Below are positions 55,085 through 64,000 of a stretch of DNA of 64,000 nucleotides, piece after piece. The number at the start of each line of letters is the position of its first letter. Within the stretch, counting starts at the first letter, position 1. This DNA comes from Octopus sinensis (taxonomy: Eukaryota): the NCBI RefSeq assembly GCF_006345805.1, contig NC_042997.1, forward strand, positions 71,300,001-71,364,000. The letters are read 5' to 3'. A program made the position numbers and the translations under genes. The notes under the pieces were generated by a model, which saw nothing but the letters and a program-made list of their open reading frames with translations, was not told the DNA's origin and did no database searches.

Positions 55085-56050
55085 TTTGTATTGTGAGTCC
55101 GGTGTAGCACGCCCATGTAGCTATCCAGTATGGCGCTGAGTTTGATGCGCTGATACGCGCTGAGGCTGCTACATCTCCAGCATTTTCTTAACGGTGAGTA
55201 GGTGTGATCGCCGTTTGTCAGGCAGAATTTTCCGAAGCTCATCTCATTGATGGAACTACATACCTGGATCAACTGTAGACCAAGAAAAGGGTGCTCGGCA
55301 AGCACTCACAGCCTCTGTGTCAGCAAGCGCTCACAGCCTTCTGCCAGTCGGGCAACGCGGTCGGTGAAAGTTCTACCATGAAGTTTTATAGGGATTAGTG
55401 GCAGGCTTGAACGATGACGTTCTTGGGGAAACTCTGGGCGTCCGTAGGGTTCAATTAACTGGTCTTTTCCGGAGGACTTTCGGACCAAAGGCTATAAGTA
55501 ACTTCCACAAATTCCTGGCCTGGCAGTGCTACAGGGTAGCTCTGCCGGTTCAAGACAAGCTCTACAGATACGGACGTGCTGTCAGACGGATCTGTCCAAC
55601 GTGTGCGCAGGGTAATGAAACTGTCCTGCATACACTTGTTTTGTGTTCGTGCATTACTGACTTGTGGAGCTTTGTCGAGCAGTTCTTGTCGTATGTTGGA
55701 CAGATCCAGCTATTAGCCGAATCCATTGTGAAGATCGCCCCGCCACTTTTCTTTGGCTGGTAAGGAAAGACAGTTTTCCTTCCATGGCGAAGGAGGTAGT
55801 GTAATGGACAAGATTAAAAAGGCTCACTCCTTTAAATCGCGTCAATTGACTTTTTCAAGTTCCACTTGAAAAGGTGATTGAGTTTAGAAAAGGAAGTACT
55901 GCTCCTCGCCGCAGTATTTTTGTTGAAATTTGGGTGAATGGGGTGAGGATGGCTCGTGTAATTGGGTCTACTCGGAGCATTTACCAGTTGGCCTGAACGG
56001 TTAAGAGGAACAGGGAGGCCTGCCTGAGATGCTCTTGGCGGTCGGAGTGA
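55085..56050 (+). mobile_element. L1/Tx1-clade LINE 3' fragment (zf-RVT region)
   Basis: FLAWQCYRVALPVQDKLYRYG...CPTCAQGNETVLHTLVLC...LWSFVEQ. Confidence 0.75.
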
Positions 56051-56291
56051 CCCGGATGTGCGGATAGACATGGTTGGCCTTTGGTGGTGGTGGTGGCGGC
56101 AGCGGCGACGGCGGCGGCGGCGGTGGTTATTTGGTTTCTGTCTTTTGCTGAAGCATGTTGTTTTTCTTCTACTTCATTTTCTTCATTTCCGTTTCACTTT
56201 CTTCCTTTCCAGTTTATTTATTCACATGAATTTTATCATACGTATTAGTGTTCGATATTTCTTATCACTGACCGCAGTATTAAATATCTTC

Positions 56292-56709
56292 AGGCGCAGG
56301 AGTGGATGTGTGGTAAGTAGCTTGCATACCAACCACATGGTTCTGGGTTCAGTCCCACTGCGTGGCACTTTGGGCAAGAGTTTTCTACTATAGCCTCGGG
56401 CCGACCAATGCCTTGTGAGTGGATTTGGTAGACGGAAACTGAAAGAAGCCCGTCGTTTATATGTATATATATGTGTGTGTCTGCCTGTCAGTGTGTGTGT
56501 ATGTATGTTTGTGTGTTTGTGGTTGTCCCCCCACCATCACTTGACCACCGATGCTGGTGTGTTTACGTCCCCGTAACTTAGCGGTTCAGCAAAAGAGAAT
56601 AAGTACTAGGCATACAAAGATTAAGTCCTTGGGTTGATTTCTGCGACTAAAGGCGGTGCTCCAGCATGGCCACAGTCAAATGACTGAAACAAGTAAAAGA
56701 GTAAAAGAG
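56292..56709 (+). mobile_element. SINE family 3, full length, with internal (TA)/(TG) microsatellite
   Basis: AGGCGCAGGAGTGGATGTGTGGTAAG...GGGTTCAGTCCC head, microsatellite middle, tail ending GTAAAAGAGTAAAAGAG. Confidence 0.88.
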
Positions 56710-57220
56710 TATAGTTTTCCTTCTTTCTCATGTTCGTCTGCAAAACGGAAGCATGAGCCCCAGCTTAACAATTGTGAAAATGTCAAGATAATTGAGCACC
56801 CTTTTTTCCCCTTCGTATTTACACTTACGTTTTTAAATATGTGAGCAAAACACTTTATTTCACGTTGCTCCAGTCCACTCAGGTGCCAAAAATGAGAATC
56901 CTCCGACGGAGAAGCATCCCGTTCAGGTGGGAATATATACGCCAAGGAAACCGGAAAACTGGTTCTGTGTGTCTATATAACTCGGGAAGGATCATTACAT
57001 AGATACATGCACACACACGCATGCACGTGTGTGTGTGCACATGTGTTTGTGTATGTGTGTGTGTGCGCGCGTGTGTGTGTGTGTGTGTGCACGTATGTGT
57101 GTGTATGTAATTTATATATTCAAGAACCCGTACACACATGCACATATAAACGCATACACAAACAGACACATACTTGCACAGACATACACACAAAAACAGG
57201 CACACCTATACACACATACA

Positions 57221-58018
57221 TCTCTCTATATATAAACGGCAGTTTGTCTGTGTATCTGTGTGTCTGTCAGGTTGTACCCTCACCCTGACCACGGCTTTCA
57301 ACCGATTCTGATGAAACTTGACACACACATAGCCCAATGTCATAATTCAAAACTGACGCAGCGAAAATTTTGAAAAATTCCCCGTTCTGAAAAAAAATCG
57401 ATAAATTCGACATGGGTCGAGAATCTAAGCTTTTTATATGCAACACATTTTCTACAGACTGTCTAGGGGACGCAACTCGACCTTTTTAACTCTCGGAACA
57501 CGTGGAGTAAGTATCCCAAAATGTATAACAATGTACAAAAACGGCAAAAAAGCGGGCAGCAATGTGAGTGACAACGAAAAAGTCAAAAGTGACCAAACTG
57601 AACAAACGAATGGAAAAGGTTTTTTGGTGCACACGACAAAAGCGGTTTATAATAAACCAAGAGTTTGCAAGTAGCGTCCGAGGACCCTTAGGATACGTCA
57701 AAAATTTAAGGTAAAACGTTTGGGGTGGTAGTTATAAAGAAAGTGTAAACAAAAAAAGTATTCGAATAACTTGCGGCTGCAGCAGCTATTAGCAGAAGTG
57801 GCGGTGTTGGGGGTAAAGTCTCGAATGTAATTTCTTCCTGGTAGGAATTGGTTGGGTTGAATTATCGATAGCTGTTTGATAGTTATTTGGGAGTGAAGAG
57901 AAGACATTGCAACCTACACATGCGCCTTTGTTCCCTAGAGGGAAAGGACTAGATTGGGATTAGTCGTTGCCTACTAGGGGCTCTTACATACCCGGGCAAC
58001 GCCGGGCTATGCAACTAG
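57221..58018 (+). mobile_element. non-autonomous Helitron/Helentron-type (DINE-1/HINE-like) element
   Basis: 5' A|TC start, then TATATATAAACGGC with TCTG/TGTG-type repeats. The 3' hairpin CCCGG-GCAACG-CCGGG (57991-58006) is followed by CTAG|T. Confidence 0.75.
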
Positions 58019-58421
58019 TTTACAATAATAATAATTCTTGCTTAAAACCAATGAGTATTGAATGCATAAGTACTTAATGCACGACAGGCGAGTTTTCGAA
58101 ATCGCTGTCTATAGAAACACTGCAAATGCGCTTATATGCATATATTGCATATACTATAAAATGTGTGCATAAATATCCTTGTATACATACATAAATTCTT
58201 CTCTTTCTCTCTCTCTCCCTCTATCTCCTTCTCTCTCTTTCTCTCTCTTTCTTTATCTCTCGTTCTCTCGCTTTCTCCCTTTCTCTGTGGTGTGAACATT
58301 TATGGATGAATATGTATATTCAAATATGTATATTTCTCCATCTCTCTCACTCTCTCTTATCCTTCTCTTTCTCCCTCTCTGGCCCTCACTTATCCTTCTC
58401 TTTCTTCCTTTCTCAGTCTAT

Positions 58422-58459
<38 letters not shown>

Positions 58460-59187
58460 GTATATACATACATACATATACATACATATATGTATGTATA
58501 TATATATATACATTTATATATATACACACACATACATATGTGAATGTGGATATGTGTGTGTGTGTGTGTGTGTGTGTGCGTGCGTGTGTGCATGTGTGTG
58601 TATATATAGTGACAGAGTGAGATAGGAAGAAACAAAGGGAGAAGAGAGAGACAGAGAAAGTGGGGAAGTGATATTTAGCTTCCTAGTATTTCGTAAACCT
58701 TAGAAGACAAAGATCAAATGCACAGTAGGATACACACTTGTATTGAATAGACTGATATCAGAAATAGACAGAGGGCATAATCTATCGATTCTATGTACAT
58801 ATATGTAAGTACATGTACGCAGAACTTAGAAATCTACAAATATATTTATGCATGTTTATAAAAATATTTGTATATATATATATATATATATATATATACG
58901 CACACACACACACATATATGTGTGTGTGTGTGTGTGTGTGTGTATGTATATGTATATATGCACAATTATTTCATGTGTATGTCTCTGCATATACATTGTG
59001 TCTTATACATGTGGCTTATAGTGTGTTATGAAATATCGCGTTCCATAAAATCTTGCTGAAACGTGAATTTCCGCACCGCTAAATCTTTTTCCATCGACTT
59101 CCATGATATATATTGAGATTCGACAGGTATCTTGGAAAAAAATAATAATAGCATATATTACTTCCACTTTTATGAATGAAAGATATA

Positions 59188-60600
59188 CCGTATTTTAACG
59201 TTATAAGGCACCTTCGTGTATAAGGAACCCCCTAATTTGAAGGGCTTAAAATTTGGAAAAAAAGGCTTTGTAACGGATCATATTACTATCCATGTATAAG
59301 AAACACCTCTTTTTTCTTAACCTTATTTTTGACAAAAATGGGTTTCTTGTACACTTTAAGATATGGTAAATATTTAAAAGCCCATTTACACTCTGATGAT
59401 ATGAGTTGAAGAGTAATATAAGAACAAATTCACAAGTCTACAGAATTTAAATTGATGTATTTCTGCTTCTTTTAGAGGGTACTGCAATGGGAGAGACTAG
59501 GAGATGGAGGAGGAAGACACTAACCTTTGTCTTGTAGATTATCAGCAGCAGCATCTGTAGGAAATGTGGAGAACATATCCAAAGCTGGTTATAGTATATA
59601 CATTCAGTGCCACTTAAGTATGTGGTCTACCTGGCCATTTAAACTTTAGCGTGCGGTCCACTCAGCCATTTATACATTAGCGTGCACTCTAACCTTAACT
59701 CTCACCCTCTCGCTGACCCTAACCCTGAATCATAACACCTAATACCAAACCCTAATGAACACCTCTTGTAATTTTTATGTTAGGTTCCCGATCAGGATAG
59801 TTATCAACAAGACTTCCAATCCTTCGTCTATAAATGCCCATCCGTGTACTTTGTTACCACTTAAAGGAAAGTGGATGGAATTTCTTTATCCTCTTCTTCG
59901 CTTTTGTTCTAAATTCATCAGCTCCTCATTTAATAAAATTTCTTCATGGGACCCAAACTACTTCACCCTGACTTTCCGAGTTCAATATCTTATGATAGTT
60001 TCACCTTACTGAGCTTCGGGTTCATTTTATGCTTGAGAGAAAAAAAAAACCTGTAAAATCAAGGCAGCTGATCGTTTCTCTTCGTCCCAAGACTCACCTA
60101 TTTTAACCACATTGTATCAATAATGTTGAACTTTTACTGTAGGTTTAATATCCCCATCGATTAATTTCATGCGATGATTCATATTTCTTTTCAGATAATA
60201 TGTCTTGAAGTTTCCAATCACATCTTGATCCAGTGACTATAACAAATAAGTTGCATACAAGCGACCATTTAAGTTCACAGTCTGGTTTAATATGAGATAC
60301 AATGCTTTGCTTGAAAATTTTGCGCCGAGCAAACTACTTTCCACCTGCAATGCAAAAAAAACGTTTAAAAACCAGTCTAGGAATACGCTTCTAATCAGCA
60401 AGTCATTCATTTAACGCTTAATTGCACTCGGATTAAACTTAACAGAACACTTGAAAATGCTTGGATATTCTGAATGCTACATGATTAGAGGCTTTAATTT
60501 TATATCACTAGCACAAGGAGCGTTAGAAGAATTTTGGAAGCCTTAGAGAGTGAGGCTAATATTTCTTCTGTAAAAATGTCTTAGAAGCAATATCTTTCCT
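59188..60600 (-). mobile_element. pogo/Tigger-like transposase relic, with a possible TA-flanked terminus at 59188
   Basis: The minus strand reads KLKPLIM.HSEYP, LDQDVIGNFKTYYLKR and EILLNEELMNLEQKR...AFIDEGLEVL. TA|CCGTATTTT...GTATAAG at 59186 resembles a pogo/Tc2-type end, but its linkage to the ORF is uncertain. Confidence 0.6.
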
Positions 60601-60931
60601 GAAAAGCCAAATTTTGCTCACTCAGTGTGCCTGTCCTGTCGCCTAGTCGTATCAAGTAACAACTTTCTTCGGTCTCTCACAAGAATTATTTACAGTTTCA
60701 GTATCAGAATTGGTAGCGTCGCCATTCATTTTTTCTTTCTTTCCTTCTTTCTCTCTTCCTTCCTTCTTTCCTTTCTTTCTTTTTTTCCTTTCTTTCAGTC
60801 AACGAAAAGATGGTTAAATTTGCCGCGTTTGAATATCTATCACGTAGGTTTTATAAGTGTGTTCGTGTGTGCATACATATGTAAATTTATATACATATAT
60901 ATGTGTGTGTGTGAGTACATATATGCATGTA

Positions 60932-60974
<43 letters not shown>

Positions 60975-60975
60975 A

Positions 60976-61017
<42 letters not shown>

Positions 61018-61396
61018 CAAAATAGGCAACAAGGATATCCAGAGGTAATGCAGTACGATCGTTTCATAAAACTCCATTTAATTGAACAATACAATCATCT
61101 TTGTCTATCGCCTTAACATCTTGGAGATTTTAGGTATAATTATACTAATATGTCCATCTGTTCTAATTTAATTAAAGTCTATATCTTTGTGCAACTGAAG
61201 ATTGCTCTGCACTTTAAATGGATGTAATGATTGCATTGTTCAATTAAATGGAGTTGCATGAAATGATTCCTTGTTGCTTATTTTGATTTTAAACACCTTA
61301 CTTTGAAATTGTATGGATAATACCGTACTAAATTCTAGTGCCTCAACTTAAGTACCATATTCATCTGAATCTATCTATCTATATCTATATATATAT

Positions 61397-61468
<72 letters not shown>

Positions 61469-61499
61469 GGTTGTACAGTCAGCTTATTCCCTTTCAAGT

Positions 61500-61840
61500 T
61501 TAAACATAGCTGCGTGGTTGCTTCCTAAATATATGGTTCCGCGATCAGTCCAAATGCATGAGACCTTGGGCCAACTAATGCCTTGTGAGTGGATTTGGTA
61601 GACACAAGACTGAAAGGAGCCCGTCTACGTATGTGTGCGTGCGTACGTGTGTGTGTATATGTTTGTGTGTGTGTGTCTATGCGTGTGCGTCTTCATGTTT
61701 GTGTTTGTCCCTCACTGCTTGACAACCGGTGCTGGTGTGTTTACATCATTGTAACTAGCGGTCTGGCAATAGAGAGAGATAGAAAACGTATAGCAGATTT
61801 AGAAAATACGCACAAGGGTCGATTTGTTCGACTAAAATAA
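61500..61840 (+). mobile_element. SINE family 3 (degenerate)
   Basis: GCCTTGTGAGTGGATTTGGTAGAC...CTTGACAACCGGTGCTGGTGTGTTTAC. Confidence 0.75.
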
Positions 61841-62455
61841 GAAAAAGATAGGAAATAACACACCACACACACATACACACACACAAATACTACGTACATA
61901 CATACATGCATACATACATACATACATACATACATGCATACATACATACATACATACATACATACTACATACATACATACATTCATTCATACATATGATG
62001 GTAAATGCATTGAACCTAATAAAAGGCATTGTTTTGCACCGAGACACACGTACAGAAATATGTAGTTCTGTATATGCGTACCTATAAATATATACATATA
62101 TGTATATATATATGTATATATATATGTATATATATATGTATATATATATGTATATATATATATATATGTATATATATATGTATATATATATATATATATT
62201 CAATTATTCAATTATTCAATTATTCAATAATTTTTGCTTGTATGTTATGTCCCTCCGCTTTACCTCATGGTGCGATGTGAACATTTAACGTGGTACTATA
62301 GTCAGTGTTTCGACTGCTATTTCGGCATGTTGGTGTCTTTTAGACACCCTCATTTTTAATTGTTAAAAAATTTTCTTACCTTTGTAAGGTATTTCTTTCA
62401 TGCTGGCCACTTGATAATTTCGACACTTAAATATCGATATTATCCTCATATATAA

Positions 62456-62584
<129 letters not shown>

Positions 62585-62750
62585 ATATATAAGCGCAGGA
62601 GTGGCTGTGGAGTAAGTAGCTTGCTTACGAACCACATGGTTCCGAGTTCACTGCGTGGCACCTTGGGTAAGTGTCTTCTACTATAGCCTCGGGCCGACCA
62701 AAGCCTTGTGAGTGGATTTGGTAGGCGGAAACTGGAAGAAGCCCGTCGTA

Positions 62751-62799
<49 letters not shown>

Positions 62800-62886
62800 G
62801 TATTAGAGACAAAACCACTATTTTGCAAAACAAACAAGGAAAGACTTAATCAATACATAAAATTTTAATAAATAGTCAAAAAACCG

Positions 62887-62929
62887 CCACTACAATTGTT
62901 TCTTGTCTTGATCGACAATCTTCAGGTGG
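62887..62929 (-). ncRNA. minimal type I hammerhead ribozyme (left arm)
   Basis: Reverse complement of 63148-63190. Confidence 0.85.
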
Positions 62930-63147
62930 ACTTCCAATCTAAAATATCAATATTTTAAAATATAAAAATAATAATTTTAAAATAATTAAAGTATGAATGA
63001 AAAAATATAAATATATAATCATATAATATATAATCATATATTTATATTCTTTATATAATCATATATTTATATTTTTTCATTCATACTTTAATTATTTTAA
63101 AATTATTATTTTTATATTTTAAAATATTGATATTTTAGATTGGAAGT

Positions 63148-63190
63148 CCACCTGAAGATTGTCGATCAAGACAAGAAACAATTGTAGTGG
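63148..63190 (+). ncRNA. minimal type I hammerhead ribozyme (right arm)
   Basis: CCAC-CUGAAGA-UUGUC GAUCAA GACAA-GAAA-C AAUU G-UA-GUGG. Canonical core, GUA triplet, palindromic ACAAUUGU stem III. Confidence 0.85.
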
Positions 63191-63361
63191 CGGTTTTTTT
63201 GACTATTTATTAAAATTTTATGTATTGATTAAGTCTTTCCTTGTTTGTTTTGCAAAATAGTGGTTTTGTCTCTAATAATATTTTATAATATTTTACTATA
63301 AAATTGGATTTAATCCTAAATCTGATTTTTTCCCTGTAAATTTGGATTTATTCCTAATATT

Positions 63362-63414
<53 letters not shown>

Positions 63415-63755
63415 GGGGGGTGTATGTGCGTGTTTATGTGTCTGTGTGTGTCCCCCCAACATCGCTTGACAACCGATGCTAGTGTGTTTACGTCCCCCGT
63501 AACTTAGCGGTTCGGCAAAAAGAGACCGATAAAATAAGTACTAGACTTACAAAGAATATATATATAAACTATTTAATGATGTTCTCGTTATATATATATC
63601 TGTATGTGTATATGAATAAACTATATATGCATCTATACATACGTGTATGTGTGTGCGCGTGCGTGTGTGCCCGTGTGTGTTTGTGTGTGTATGTGTGTCT
63701 ATATGCGTGTAAATACATTTATACACAGTCGTGTGTAAACATATATATATAATAT

Positions 63756-63825
<70 letters not shown>

Positions 63826-64000
63826 CATATATATATACTTATACACAAAAGTATCTTTTTGATCATAGACTCACGCACACGTGCACACGCGCATAGACAG
63901 AAATATGCATATTGTATGTATATATGTATGCCTGCATGTATGTGTGTATACATGCTACAATGAATGTAAGCATTCCTTCTTTTGGTTGTGCTGACCTTCT

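Larger units (their letters stand above)
62791..63362. mobile_element. Penelope-like inverted terminal structure: 226/227-bp arms, 44-bp spacer, 75-bp unpaired tail
   Basis: 62791-63016 is the reverse complement of 63061-63287, with 1 substitution and 1 indel seen. Each arm carries a hammerhead. Confidence 0.85.
62592..63557 (+). mobile_element. SINE family 3 split by a palindromic PLE-like insertion in its internal (TA)n
   Basis: The head at 62592-62750 and the tail at 63420-63557 match 56292-56709. Confidence 0.85.

Noticed and set aside
59685-59755. CCCTAA-like degenerate repeats suggesting an interstitial telomere
   Set aside because: There are only two or three exact units. More likely low-complexity transposon-internal sequence.

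Overview
This is repeat-dominated, AT-rich animal genomic DNA. The SINE families and extreme microsatellite density point to an octopus or other coleoid cephalopod (recognised from memory, not searched). I could not identify any host protein-coding gene, and nearly all ORFs in the supplied track are microsatellite translations or transposon relics. The window holds: (i) about 11 fragments of at least five site-specific R4/Dong-like non-LTR retrotransposon families (RT plus restriction-like endonuclease). Some sit at (TAA)n and one family sits at (TACA)n, always with fixed strand polarity. (ii) Penelope-like (GIY-YIG) relics. (iii) RTE, L1/Tx1, Tc1 and pogo/Tigger relics and one Helitron-type non-autonomous element. 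(iv) Many tRNA-derived SINEs. The most notable signal is a set of five type I hammerhead ribozyme motifs (2898-2978, 3857-3918, 42246-42287, 62887-62929, 63148-63190) plus one variant-core motif. They lie in small non-coding inserts of about 300-570 bp that are bounded by inverted or direct repeats and sit in or beside microsatellites. One insert is a near-perfect 497-bp palindrome carrying two divergent ribozymes, nested inside a SINE. Boundaries were read by eye and most are approximate.
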